DNA from: a virus
Taxonomy: Duplodnaviria; Caudoviricetes
Virus record (IMG/VR): IMGVR_UViG_3300015050_001523
Location: 192,001-256,000 of that record
Length of the DNA: 64,000 nt
Reading direction: 5' to 3' (one strand)
The notes under the pieces are model-generated. The model was not told where the DNA came from. It saw nothing but the letters and a program-made list of their open reading frames with translations, and did not search any database. Positions 26,461-36,307 of the stretch are shown here, piece by piece. The position numbers and the translations under genes were made by a program. Each line of letters opens with the position of its first letter. Positions within the stretch are counted from its first letter, which is position 1.

Positions 26461-26991
26461 ATGACAAACAAAAGGACAGAATTAGAAGAATTAAAAGAAA
26501 ACGATCTTCTTCCAAAGGAGATAAATGGAATAAAACATTTGGTTGAGTGCAATTGTATTCTTCCTCAATTTAAAAATAAGAAACCAATTGTTTGGCATAA
26601 GTTTCAAGTATTTTCTATAATTGATGAGGATAATAATGTTATTCCAAAATTTTCCCAATGTAACAATTGTGGAATAATTCATAAAGTAACAGAAATTGGA
26701 AAATCAGAAATTACAACAAAAGAAAATATTAAATCAATTAGAACAATAGAAGAAATAAAAATGGGAATTCAATCTGATATTGCGGGTCTTCTTGAGCAAT
26801 ATAGTAAAGAGCTTCCAATTTGGGAAGAAGCAGAATTTATTTTGCAAAATAAAAAATGGGGTTCATTTATTGTTCTAGACTCTGAATCAGAAAACGGGGC
26901 AACAATTGGAAAAGTGCTAATTTTTCAGGGAGTTCCTGTTCTGGCAAGAATTGAATCTTTTTCTAGGCAAGAAATTATAAACAAATCTTAA
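26461..26991 (+). CDS. Hypothetical zinc-ribbon protein
   Basis: HLVECNC ... QCNNCGIIH. Confidence 0.65.
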   Translation: MTNKRTELEELKENDLLPKEINGIKHLVECNCILPQFKNKKPIVWHKFQVFSIIDEDNNVIPKFSQCNNCGIIHKVTEIGKSEITTKENIKSIRTIEEIKMGIQSDIAGLLEQYSKELPIWEEAEFILQNKKWGSFIVLDSESENGATIGKVLIFQGVPVLARIESFSRQEIINKS

Positions 26992-27002
26992 AGGAGAAAA
27001 AT

Positions 27003-27242
27003 ATGGGAATTAGACAATATGGAACATCAATAGATGATAAAATTATAAAAGAGAGCAATGAAGCTAGATTAATTGTTTCAAAAATTATGGATTATGGAAT
27101 TTCTCAAAATCAAATTCTTTTTATTATAAATGATTTGGCTATGAATCTAGAAAATCAAGATCATTTAAGAAGGATAATTAATGTTGTGCGAGACATAAAG
27201 GACGATACCTTAATTGTTACTAAAAGTCCGCTTGAGGTCTAA
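27003..27242 (+). CDS. Hypothetical protein
   Basis: 79-aa ORF with SD aggag. Confidence 0.7.
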   Translation: MGIRQYGTSIDDKIIKESNEARLIVSKIMDYGISQNQILFIINDLAMNLENQDHLRRIINVVRDIKDDTLIVTKSPLEV

Positions 27243-27247
27243 AATTT

Positions 27248-27853
27248 ATGGATATAAAAAAAGATTTTGAGGAAGAAGATGAAAATAGAATAATTGTATT
27301 AAATGAAATTGATGAATCTCCTATATCAAATGCCATATCTACACTTCTTGGATTTGCAAAGAAAAATAAAAAAAGCCCAATTAATATAATAATAAATACT
27401 TTTGGTGGAAACATCTATGATATGTTCGCGCTTTATGATACGATCAAGTATGTTCAAAGCCAAGGAATTCCGGTTCATACAATAGGGCTAGGAAAAATTA
27501 TGAGCGCTGGGGTTATTTTGCTTGCTGTTGGAAATAACAGAAAAATAGGAAGAAATGCTACAATTATGTGGCATGTTGGTAGAGATGAAGTTTCTGGGGA
27601 TATTTTTGAAATCAAAAATGATCTGAATGAATTCAATAGACTCGAATCTCTTTGTAATAAAGTTCTCTCATCGGATACTATTATTTCTGATGAAAAAATG
27701 AAAGAGATGCTTAGTCCTAGAATTGATGTCTATATAACGCCAGCAGAAGCTATTAAATATGGAATTGTAGATGGGTATTTGGAAGCTTCTGAATCAAAAT
27801 ACAATAGTTTAACTAAAAAAACAACAGATAAAAAAACGAAAGCTAAAAAATGA
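27248..27853 (+). CDS. clpP: ClpP-family serine protease
   Basis: INTFGG, IMSAG (Ser), IMWH (His), RIDVYITPAEAIKYGIVD (Asp). Confidence 0.9.
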   Translation: MDIKKDFEEEDENRIIVLNEIDESPISNAISTLLGFAKKNKKSPINIIINTFGGNIYDMFALYDTIKYVQSQGIPVHTIGLGKIMSAGVILLAVGNNRKIGRNATIMWHVGRDEVSGDIFEIKNDLNEFNRLESLCNKVLSSDTIISDEKMKEMLSPRIDVYITPAEAIKYGIVDGYLEASESKYNSLTKKTTDKKTKAKK

Positions 27854-29484
27854 ATTTTAAATTTAATGAATATTTTCCTTTTAAAGAAATAAGAGAACAA
27901 CAAGATAAAGCAATAAATTTTGCCCTTGATTCATTTTTGAATAAGGGCAAAAAATTTGCAATTCTTGAGCTTGGGACCGGTGTCGGCAAGAGCGCCTGCG
28001 CAATCACAATTGCTAAATATCTCTCTAAGCACATGGAAGTTGCAGATACTTTTGAAAAAGGTTGTTGGATGCTTACAACACAAAAAATTCTTCAAGATCA
28101 ATATGTAAAAGATTTTGGTCCACCTAAAGGAGTATGCCGTTCAATAAAGTCTGCATCAAATTATAAATGCGATTTCTTTCCAAAAAATAAATGTAGTGAT
28201 AGTTTACACCTTCTAAAAGAAGCAGATCCCGATAGTAAGTTTTATAAAAAATGTTATTATTCATGTAAATATAAGGTTCAAAAACGAGCCTTTGTCGGTT
28301 CTGAACAAAGTATTACAAATTTTCCTTATTTTCTTACAGAAACATCTTATGTTGGAAAAATAACGCCAAGACAATTATTGGTAATAGATGAATGCCATAC
28401 AATAGAAGATGAATTATCAAAATTTGTTGAAGTAGTAATTAGTGAAAAATTTGCTTCATCAATTTTAAGACTAGATTTTCCAAAAGACATCACGAATCAA
28501 GATTCTGCTGTAAAATGGACAAAAGAAGAATATATCCCATCTCTTGATGGGAAAATTGACTTAGTTGATCAAGAATTAAAAAAACTACAAATAAGTGGAC
28601 AAGAAGAAAGTGACGAATCTAGAAGAATCGCTTCTAATAAAGAAAAATTAGTAAAACATAAAACAAAAATATCTAAATTTTTGTCGATTTATACAAAAGA
28701 GAATTGGATTTTCAATCTTATTCCATCTTGGAATAATAGTGGAAGAAAATTAGAATTCAAAAGTATTGATATCGGAGAATATGCACATGAACATCTTTTT
28801 AGATATGGACAAAAAGTTCTTTTATTGTCTGCTACTATTTTAAACAAAGAAGCATTTTGTGAAAGTATAGGAATAGATCCAAAAGATGCAGATTTTATAT
28901 CTATTGATTCTCCATTTCCAAAAGAGAACACCCCAGTATTCTACATTCCAGTAGGAGATATGGGAAAGGCAAAAATTGACCAAACTCTTCCAAATTTAGT
29001 TGAAATTGTTAAGGCATTACTAGAACAACACAAGGGCGAAAAAGGAATAATTCATACTAGAACATTCAAAATAGCAAATTATATTAAAAATAATATAAAA
29101 AGCTCTAGATTACTTATTCATGATAGTTTAGATAGAGAAGAAGTATTAAAAAAACATATGACCTCTAAAAAGGACACTGTTATTTTATCTCCGTCAAGTA
29201 CAGAAGGATTAGATCTAAAAGGAGATCTTAGCCGTTTTCAAATTATATGCAAACTGCATTGGCCATATCTTGGCGATGAATTAGTTAAGCGTAGAATGGA
29301 AAAATACAATCATTGGTATTCTTATCAGGCAGTTAAGAGTTTAATTCAGGCAAAAGGAAGAAGTATTAGAACATCTGAAGATTTTGCAGTAACATATATT
29401 TTAGATGATTCTTTTGATCGTTTATACTCAAACAACATTAGTTTGTTTCCAGAGCACTTTAAAGAATCTTTATTTATCGATTAA
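27850..29484 (+). CDS. DinG/XPD-like SF2 helicase with Fe-S cysteines
   Basis: Q motif IREQQ, GTGVGKS, VIDECH, LSAT, EGLD, QAKGRSIR; Cys cluster after motif Ia. Confidence 0.92.
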   Translation: MNFKFNEYFPFKEIREQQDKAINFALDSFLNKGKKFAILELGTGVGKSACAITIAKYLSKHMEVADTFEKGCWMLTTQKILQDQYVKDFGPPKGVCRSIKSASNYKCDFFPKNKCSDSLHLLKEADPDSKFYKKCYYSCKYKVQKRAFVGSEQSITNFPYFLTETSYVGKITPRQLLVIDECHTIEDELSKFVEVVISEKFASSILRLDFPKDITNQDSAVKWTKEEYIPSLDGKIDLVDQELKKLQISGQEESDESRRIASNKEKLVKHKTKISKFLSIYTKENWIFNLIPSWNNSGRKLEFKSIDIGEYAHEHLFRYGQKVLLLSATILNKEAFCESIGIDPKDADFISIDSPFPKENTPVFYIPVGDMGKAKIDQTLPNLVEIVKALLEQHKGEKGIIHTRTFKIANYIKNNIKSSRLLIHDSLDREEVLKKHMTSKKDTVILSPSSTEGLDLKGDLSRFQIICKLHWPYLGDELVKRRMEKYNHWYSYQAVKSLIQAKGRSIRTSEDFAVTYILDDSFDRLYSNNISLFPEHFKESLFID

Positions 29485-29505
29485 AAAGAATATAGAAAGG
29501 AAAAT

Positions 29506-29796
29506 ATGTCAAAATCAAAAAAGATACCAAAAGACTTTACAGTTATTGATGGATGGGAAGAGCTTAGAATTCTTTTAGAGTCCCTTAATAAAGATTTAAA
29601 AAAATCTATTACAAAAGGAACCAAGCGTTCAGGAGTTAATGCTAGAAAAGGGCTAATGTATGCAAAGGAGCTTATTACAGACATTTATCATGCAAGTTTA
29701 ATCGAACAAAAACTTGCAAGAGAGAAAAGACCGATTCATAAAAATTCAGACGGAGCAGGAATTAAAGCTATGCATGAATCAAGAAAGATAAAATAA
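29506..29796 (+). CDS. Hc1-like (histone H1-like) nucleoid protein
   Basis: WEELRILLESLNKDLKK..KGTKRSGVNARKGL matches the Hc1-type KGNKAAGxRARK pattern; basic. Confidence 0.6.
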   Translation: MSKSKKIPKDFTVIDGWEELRILLESLNKDLKKSITKGTKRSGVNARKGLMYAKELITDIYHASLIEQKLAREKRPIHKNSDGAGIKAMHESRKIK

Positions 29797-29816
29797 CAAA
29801 TTTACAACTTTTACTT

Positions 29817-29841
29817 AAGGCACCTTTATGGTGCCTTTTTT
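29817..29841 (+). terminator. Intrinsic terminator
   Basis: aaggcacc-tttat-ggtgcctt followed by a T tract. Confidence 0.85.
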
Positions 29842-29890
29842 AATTGTTTTTGTAGACTATGTATTTTTATAGACAGGAAATAAAACAATT

Positions 29891-30274
29891 ATGGCAAGAG
29901 GATCAATTAGACGAGAAATACACAATGATAAAATTGTTTTGAAGAAATATCTTTCTTTATGTGAACTAGAGGCAAAAAAAGGATTAGAACATCTTTCTTC
30001 TTCCTCTGAATCAAATTTAGAAGAGGAAGAAGTCCAAAACGATCCAGTCAAAGTTCAAGAAGAAAAATCATTAGAAATAATGCCAGAGAGCGTTCAAGAG
30101 TCTTTCGAAGAGCCATCTGAAGAGCCAGAGCCGGTATCAGCTTCGGACTCCAACGATGTTAAAATTATTACTGAAGAGATTATTGAAAAACAAGAGATAA
30201 AGTCCGAAGAAGAAGTTGAAGTTGTTGTTATAGATAAGAAAAATAAGAAAAAATCAAAGAAAGAAAAAAAATAA
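29891..30274 (+). CDS. Hypothetical, acidic low-complexity core with basic tail
   Basis: E/S/P-rich middle; ends KKNKKKSKKEKK. Confidence 0.7.
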   Translation: MARGSIRREIHNDKIVLKKYLSLCELEAKKGLEHLSSSSESNLEEEEVQNDPVKVQEEKSLEIMPESVQESFEEPSEEPEPVSASDSNDVKIITEEIIEKQEIKSEEEVEVVVIDKKNKKKSKKEKK

Positions 30275-30278
30275 AATA

Positions 30279-30545
30279 TTAATAATATTCTCCAAGTTTA
30301 TTATTTTTTCTAATTTTAAACAAAATGGCCTTTTCAATTTGACAAACTCTCATGCGAGTCAACCCAAAATACTCTCCAATCTGTTCTTGCTTTTGTGGGC
30401 CTTTTGATGTTAAGATGTTGATACAGTTTAGATTTTTTAAATTGTTGAACCAGCATCTGCATTCTTTTTTTAAACAAGGAAGGTTGTATTCTTCATGTAA
30501 ATTAAAACATGTATTATTTTCTATTATTTTGTCGTTAGTTAGCAT
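30279..30545 (-). CDS. Cys-rich (Zn) plus sigma70 region 4-like HTH protein
   Basis: C..LH..PCLKKECRCW..NC followed by QEQIGEYFGLTRMRVCQIEKAIL; start MLTND at 30545. Confidence 0.8.
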   Translation of the reverse strand: MLTNDKIIENNTCFNLHEEYNLPCLKKECRCWFNNLKNLNCINILTSKGPQKQEQIGEYFGLTRMRVCQIEKAILFKIRKNNKLGEYY

Positions 30546-30556
30546 ATAGATAAGAA

Positions 30557-31858
30557 TTGTTGAGTTTAAGAGGATATATTTTGAACACTTACTGTATTGA
30601 CACAAGTGCCTTTATTGACAACCCTAAGATTATTGAATACTTAGGAGAATGTGAAATCATTGTTCCTTTTTGTGTTTTGGGAGAATTGGACCGAAATAGA
30701 AAAAGGGAAGGAACGGTTGGAAGAAATGCCAGAGAAGCCGTTAGAAATATTGATAAAATTACAAAAGATGAAGCCTGGAGGAAGGGGGCAGATACTGGGT
30801 ATGGTGGAACACTTCGTCTTATAAGTGCAGACTTTGAAAAACCTACAAATGATCTTAAAATTATTGCTTGTGCAGAATGGATTCAAAGTAAAGAAAAATC
30901 TGATATTATTCTTCTTAGTAATGATCTCGGTCTTAGAATCCAAGCTGAAGCTCATGGAATAAAAACAAAAGAATTTAAAGGCCCTAATCAGGATTTTCTA
31001 TATTCTGGTGTTGCTCATTTAGAATTAGATCAAGAAGAAATTAACAAAATTCATGAATTTGGAATGGTAGAAGTTCATAATAGTAATATTATCATGGAAG
31101 AGGGTGAAATTTATCCTAATCAAATGATTATTATTACAAATTTTGAAGAAAAGGGGAGTACTTTAGTAAGAGCAGAAATCCGTGGAGATACTACTATTTT
31201 TCATCGTGTTGAAAAACGAATTCCTTATGGAGTTGTACCTGGTTCTGTAGAGCAAACATTTGCTATTGATTTATTAACAAATAATAAAATTGAGTTAGTT
31301 TCTCTTATTGGAAAAGCAGGAAGTGGTAAGACATTTATCGCAATTGCTGCTGGACTTGAGCAAGTTCTTGAAAGAAAAATATATGAAAGAATCATCATTC
31401 TTAGACCAATAGTTCCAATGGGTAGAGATATTGGGTTCCTACCTGGGACTATGGAAGAGAAGATGTCTCCTTGGACCCAGCCTATCAAAGACAACTTAAT
31501 AACTCTTATGAAAGGTAATAAAAAGAATGTAGATTTTCTTTTTGAAACTGATAAAATTGTAGTTGAAGTAATGAGCTATATTCGAGGTAGATCTATTCCT
31601 AATTCTTATATTATTGTAGATGAATGTCAAAATCTTTCTTTAGAACATTTAAAAACAGTAATAACAAGAGCTGGGGAAGGTTCAAAAATTGTCTTGACAG
31701 GAGATGTTGAACAGATAGATAATATTTCTCTTGATGCTATGTCAAATGGGCTTTCTTGTGTAATTGAAGCTTTCAAAAAAGAAGATATTTCAGCACACAT
31801 TACATTAGTTAAAGGACAACGTTCAAAATTGGCAACTTTGGCATCACAAATACTTTAA
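30557..31858 (+). CDS. phoH: PIN-domain plus PhoH-family ATPase (PhoH2/YlaK-like)
   Basis: CIDTSAF..VLGELD..NDLKII..SNDLGLR (PIN); GKAGSGKT, RGRS, VDECQN, LTGDVEQID (PhoH). Confidence 0.92.
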   Translation: MLSLRGYILNTYCIDTSAFIDNPKIIEYLGECEIIVPFCVLGELDRNRKREGTVGRNAREAVRNIDKITKDEAWRKGADTGYGGTLRLISADFEKPTNDLKIIACAEWIQSKEKSDIILLSNDLGLRIQAEAHGIKTKEFKGPNQDFLYSGVAHLELDQEEINKIHEFGMVEVHNSNIIMEEGEIYPNQMIIITNFEEKGSTLVRAEIRGDTTIFHRVEKRIPYGVVPGSVEQTFAIDLLTNNKIELVSLIGKAGSGKTFIAIAAGLEQVLERKIYERIIILRPIVPMGRDIGFLPGTMEEKMSPWTQPIKDNLITLMKGNKKNVDFLFETDKIVVEVMSYIRGRSIPNSYIIVDECQNLSLEHLKTVITRAGEGSKIVLTGDVEQIDNISLDAMSNGLSCVIEAFKKEDISAHITLVKGQRSKLATLASQIL

Positions 31859-31880
31859 TCAAAAAAATTGAAAATAGATA

Positions 31881-31909
31881 TTTACATAGCTGATTCATTA
31901 TGTTATTCT
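31881..31909 (+). promoter_or_regulatory. sigma70-type promoter TTTACA-N17-TATTCT, extended -10
   Basis: tttacatagctgattcattatgttattct, upstream of the glycosylation cluster. Confidence 0.6.
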
Positions 31910-31910
31910 T

Positions 31911-32026
31911 AAATTAATTAATAGTTTTAAATTAAATTTTAAATATAGATCTTTAAATTAATATTAAAAAGATCTATATTTTTTTAATTTAACTAAATAG
32001 ATCTTTTTAATTAAATTAATTAATAT
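31911..32026. repeat. Extremely AT-rich tract with three AGATCT boxes and a 14-bp inverted repeat
   Basis: 8 G/C in 116 bp; AGATCT at 31947, 31970 and 31999; aaatatagatcttt (31941) versus aaagatctatattt (31968). Confidence 0.85.
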
Positions 32027-33955
32027 ATGGACTTCACAAAAAAATCATTTCCACAAATTACTAGAATAGAAATTCCTAAAGACACTCAAATAATTTGGGT
32101 AAGCGATCTCTTTGTTGAAGATTATGTTGGTGGAGCAGAATTAACATCTGAAGCTTTGATTCAATCAAGTCCATTGAATATTTTTAAACTTCATTCAAAA
32201 GATGTAACAATGGATTTATTACAAGAAGGCCAAGATAAGTTTTGGATTTTCGGGAATTTCTTTAATCTTGATCTCAACATTATCCCAGCAATTGTAGTTA
32301 ATATGAAATATTCAATTATTGAATATGATTATAAATTCTGTAAGTACAGATCTCCAGAAAAACATGAAATGCAAGAAAAGACTCCTTGTAATTGTTCAAA
32401 TGAAGATCATGGCAAATTAATTGCTGCATTTTATTTGGGTTCAAAGCATCTTTGGTGGATGAGCGAAAAACAGATGGAAATTTACCATAATAAATTTCCA
32501 TCTTTAAAAGAAAATAAAAACACAGTTCTTTCTTCTGTTTTTGATGATAAAACCCTTGCTACAATTAAATTACTAAGAGAAAATGCAAAAGAAAAAAATA
32601 GAAAAGGATGGATTGTACTTGGTAGTAATTCATGGATAAAGGGATTTGAAGATGCGAAAGAGTATTGTGAAAATAATCATTTGGATTATAAGGTTTTGTG
32701 GAATCTTCCTTACGAGGTCGTCTTACAGGAATTATCTGAGGCAGAAGGGCACGTATATTTTCCAAGAGGAAATGACACATGTCCAAGAATGGTCATCGAA
32801 GCAAAGCTTTTAGGCACTAAACTAATCCTGAACGATTTCGTGCAGCATAAAGACGAAGAATGGTTCAATCCAAAAGCTGACGAAGATGACGAAATAACAC
32901 AAATAGAACAATATCTTTACGCTGCACGAGATTGGTTTTGGAATGGAGTAAAATCTGATATTGATTATGTTCCAACAATTTCTGGGTATACAACAACAAG
33001 AAATTGTATATCTCAAAATTATCCATTTGAATCTTCAATATTGTCTTTATTAGATTTTTGTGATGAAGTTGTTGTAATGGATGGTGGCTCTTCTGATGGA
33101 ACCTATCAATTATTAAAAGAATGGGAACAAAAAGAACCAAAATTAAAAATCTATAGTGCAGAATTAGATTGGAATTCCAAAAGATTCGCTATTTTTGATG
33201 GAATGTTGAAGTCTATGGCTAGAGAGAAATGTTCTATGGATTTTTGTTGGCAAAGTGATGTTGATGAAGTGATTCATGAAGATCATATTGAAAAAATCCA
33301 TAAGCTTGTTAAGAATTTTCCTTCAAATGTTGATTTACTTGCCCTTCCAGTGATAGAGTATTGGGGAGGAAAAGATAAGATTAGAATGGATATAAATCCA
33401 TGGAAATGGAGATTGTCGAGAAATAAAAAATATATATGCCATGGAGTTCCTGGGCATTTGAGAGTACAAGATGGTAACGAATATTATTCTAAAATGGGGA
33501 GCGATGGTTGCGACTATATTCATCGAGATACATTAGATTTGATTCCTTTTGCTAACTTTTATACAGCGGAACATGAATTAGCAAGACGCCAATCTTTAAA
33601 AGGTGAACCAATTAAAGAAAATTATCAAACTTGGTTTAATCTTGTTGTTGAAAATCTTCCGTGTGTATACCATTTTTCATGGTGGGATATTGAAAGAAAA
33701 ATAAAAACATATAAAAATTATTGGCAAAGACATTGGGAAAGTCTTTTTAATATTGAAACTGAAGATAATTCAGAGAATAACAAATTTTTTAATAAACCAT
33801 GGTCAGAAGTTTCAGATGAAGAAATAAAAGAAAAGGCAATTGAATTATCTGAAAAAACTGGCGGGTGGATTTTTCATGACAAATGGAATGGACAAACTTT
33901 GCCACATCTAACAATAGAAAAAGACATGCCAAAATATATAAAAAATTGGGTCTAA
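32027..33955 (+). CDS. Bifunctional glycosyltransferase (GT-B-like N-half plus GT2-like C-half)
   Basis: DTCPRMVIEAKLLG; then ISGYTTTRN..DEVVVMDGGSSDGT..QSDVDE. Confidence 0.8.
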   Translation: MDFTKKSFPQITRIEIPKDTQIIWVSDLFVEDYVGGAELTSEALIQSSPLNIFKLHSKDVTMDLLQEGQDKFWIFGNFFNLDLNIIPAIVVNMKYSIIEYDYKFCKYRSPEKHEMQEKTPCNCSNEDHGKLIAAFYLGSKHLWWMSEKQMEIYHNKFPSLKENKNTVLSSVFDDKTLATIKLLRENAKEKNRKGWIVLGSNSWIKGFEDAKEYCENNHLDYKVLWNLPYEVVLQELSEAEGHVYFPRGNDTCPRMVIEAKLLGTKLILNDFVQHKDEEWFNPKADEDDEITQIEQYLYAARDWFWNGVKSDIDYVPTISGYTTTRNCISQNYPFESSILSLLDFCDEVVVMDGGSSDGTYQLLKEWEQKEPKLKIYSAELDWNSKRFAIFDGMLKSMAREKCSMDFCWQSDVDEVIHEDHIEKIHKLVKNFPSNVDLLALPVIEYWGGKDKIRMDINPWKWRLSRNKKYICHGVPGHLRVQDGNEYYSKMGSDGCDYIHRDTLDLIPFANFYTAEHELARRQSLKGEPIKENYQTWFNLVVENLPCVYHFSWWDIERKIKTYKNYWQRHWESLFNIETEDNSENNKFFNKPWSEVSDEEIKEKAIELSEKTGGWIFHDKWNGQTLPHLTIEKDMPKYIKNWV

Positions 33956-33968
33956 CATGTGATAATAT

Positions 33969-34745
33969 TTGTCGATGTCAAATAGATTTGTATTTGTAGT
34001 TCCCTGCTTCAACGCAGAAAAAACGATTGAAAGAATGCTTATGAGCGTTTTCCTTCAAACTTATGATAATTGGCTTATCTTAATTGCTGATGATATGAGC
34101 ACTGATAGAACAATCTCAAAAATTCAAGAAACTTGTATGAGATTTAATGTTCCTTGGCAGAATTATGAATATGAACTCGGTCGTAATATTTGGCTAAATG
34201 AAAAAAAGGTTCTTTATTGGAAAAACAATGAAAAACATTGGGAAGTTAAAAATGTTCTCAAGATGATTAATTCAGAAGTTGTAAAGGACAATGATATTAT
34301 TTGTCGTCTTGATGGGGATGATTTCCTTTGTAATCTTTGCGCTCTTAAAGATATCAATTTTGCTTATAATGAAACAAATGCCGAATGTCTTTGGACAGCT
34401 CATCGATGGTCAGATACATGGCAAAATATTTCAGATGCTTTGCCTGTTGATGCGAATGTCTACGAGTACAGATGGGTAACATCTCATTTTAAAACATTTA
34501 GAAAAAATTTGATTACAGATGTAAATGATGAAAATTTCCGTGGAATGGATGGAGAATATATAAAAAGAGCTGGAGATCAGGCAATTTATCTTCCTGTTTT
34601 ACATAAATCAAAAAGAAGAGTATTCCTCCCAACTGTAACGTATTATTATACAATAAATCTAAGCCCAGAAACATTCAAATCAGAAGATGCAAAATTTCAA
34701 TTAGAAGAGTCCAATTATTTGCGTAAAAGAGGCTATGTAGAGTAG
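33969..34745 (+). CDS. Glycosyltransferase family 2
   Basis: VVPCFNAEKTIER..ADDMSTDRT..RLDGDD. Confidence 0.9.
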   Translation: MSMSNRFVFVVPCFNAEKTIERMLMSVFLQTYDNWLILIADDMSTDRTISKIQETCMRFNVPWQNYEYELGRNIWLNEKKVLYWKNNEKHWEVKNVLKMINSEVVKDNDIICRLDGDDFLCNLCALKDINFAYNETNAECLWTAHRWSDTWQNISDALPVDANVYEYRWVTSHFKTFRKNLITDVNDENFRGMDGEYIKRAGDQAIYLPVLHKSKRRVFLPTVTYYYTINLSPETFKSEDAKFQLEESNYLRKRGYVE

Positions 34746-34755
34746 GAGTTTATAG

Positions 34756-35082
34756 ATGAAATATATATATTTTCATAATGCTATTTTTAATAAAGGACGT
34801 CATCTAACAATTAGAAAAGGATCCAAATGGTATCAATCAATTTCTCAAGGAGAAATTTTAACTCTTGTAGATATGGAGACTGGTGGAAGTTCTAAAACAG
34901 CAAAAGTTCTAAGAATAGAAGTAATGAATTTTCAAGATATTCCTGAAGATATTCTTAAATTGTCGTTAAATCCCGAATGTAAAACAAAAAAGGGTCTTTT
35001 GAATAATATGAAAAGTATATATTTGGACTTTAGCCCTGAAAAAGATGAAGTTAGTTTGATTTTTTTTGAGATTAATGAATAA
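34756..35082 (+). CDS. ASCH/PUA-like domain protein
   Basis: LTIRKG..ISQGEIL...AKVLRIEVMNFQDIPE. Confidence 0.6.
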   Translation: MKYIYFHNAIFNKGRHLTIRKGSKWYQSISQGEILTLVDMETGGSSKTAKVLRIEVMNFQDIPEDILKLSLNPECKTKKGLLNNMKSIYLDFSPEKDEVSLIFFEINE

Positions 35083-35109
35083 AACCTTTTAAATACAAGG
35101 AATTAAAAT

Positions 35110-36057
35110 ATGAAAATATATTTTGATAATGTTGCTTTCTCTTCTTCTTCAGGTCCAAATTCATTTGGAAAAAGATTATCTGATCAATTTATTAAAATGG
35201 GACATGAAATTGTAAAAGATGGAGAAGAACATGATGTTTTTTTGTCCTTTATTCAAAGAAATAAAATCCCATATAAAAATGCCAAAACTGTTTTGCGACT
35301 TGATGGAATCTGGTTTAAGCCAGAAAATTTTGAAGAAAATAATAAAAAAATAAAAGAAGCTTATTTGTCTTATGATTATGTTATTTTCCAAAGTTATTTT
35401 GATAAGGCAATGATGGAAAAACATTTTGGAGAGAGAGAAGGATGCTCAGTAATCCATAATGGAATAGAGATTACTAAAAAAAATATTATTCATCAAATAA
35501 AACATTCAAATGAGAAGATCTTTGTTTGTTCTGCTAATTGGCATCCTCAAAAAAGACTAAAAGAAAATATTGATTTATTTAATCAAATAAGAAAAAAATT
35601 AAATAAAGATGGAGAAGATGCACGCCTTTATATTTTAGGAATGTGCCATGATATTGAAAATATAAACATTGATAGTTTTGATAATGTATTTTATTTGGGA
35701 CATCAAAATCATGAAACATGTTTAAGATTTTATGCAACCGCTGATTATTTTATACATCTAGCATGGTTGGACCATTGTCCAAATGTAGTAGTAGAAGCCT
35801 TATCTCAAGGATGCCCAGTAATTTGTACAGATAGTGGCGGAACTAAAGAAATAGTAAGAAATTCGGGAATAATTATCCCAGAAACGAAACCATATAATTT
35901 TGAATTAACAGATTATGATTGTCCTTATAATGTTGATTTTTCAACATTTGAATTACCTAAATTAAGGCCAATTGTAAATTCAGAATATCTTGAGATCAGC
36001 AAAGTTGCTGAAAATTATATAAATGTATTTAAAGGAATAAAATATGCAATCACCTGA
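35110..36057 (+). CDS. Glycosyltransferase GT4-like
   Basis: VIHNGI, ANWHPQKR, LDHCPNVVVEALSQGCPVI. Confidence 0.9.
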   Translation: MKIYFDNVAFSSSSGPNSFGKRLSDQFIKMGHEIVKDGEEHDVFLSFIQRNKIPYKNAKTVLRLDGIWFKPENFEENNKKIKEAYLSYDYVIFQSYFDKAMMEKHFGEREGCSVIHNGIEITKKNIIHQIKHSNEKIFVCSANWHPQKRLKENIDLFNQIRKKLNKDGEDARLYILGMCHDIENINIDSFDNVFYLGHQNHETCLRFYATADYFIHLAWLDHCPNVVVEALSQGCPVICTDSGGTKEIVRNSGIIIPETKPYNFELTDYDCPYNVDFSTFELPKLRPIVNSEYLEISKVAENYINVFKGIKYAIT

Positions 36058-36307
36058 ACAATTAAGAGACGATAAATATAGATCAATACTTCAATTTGAA
36101 ACAAAAAAATTGAAAAATTTAATAAAAATTCAAGAAAGAATGATGCTTCTTATGTCATGTCTTGAATTTGATAAAGAAAATGAAGAAGAAGAGAGTGAAG
36201 AATATGAAGATGAGGATGGGAATGGAGAAAGCCCAATACATAGTGAATTATTTACATTGATGGAACTCTATAAAGTAATTATTAGTAAAGTTGGACCTGA
36301 ATATTAG
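36044..36307 (+). CDS. Small protein with acidic tract
   Basis: ENEEEESEEYEDEDG. Confidence 0.6.
   Translation: MQSPEQLRDDKYRSILQFETKKLKNLIKIQERMMLLMSCLEFDKENEEEESEEYEDEDGNGESPIHSELFTLMELYKVIISKVGPEY

Noticed and set aside
16964-29841. Shared GCACC..ATGGTGC stems at 16964 and 29817 as an RNA motif family
   Set aside because: Both sit at gene ends with A/T tracts and are adequately explained as intrinsic terminators.
27850-31858. Inteins or group I introns in the helicase or PhoH
   Set aside because: Motif spacing is normal; no Hint or LAGLIDADG signatures and no frame interruptions.
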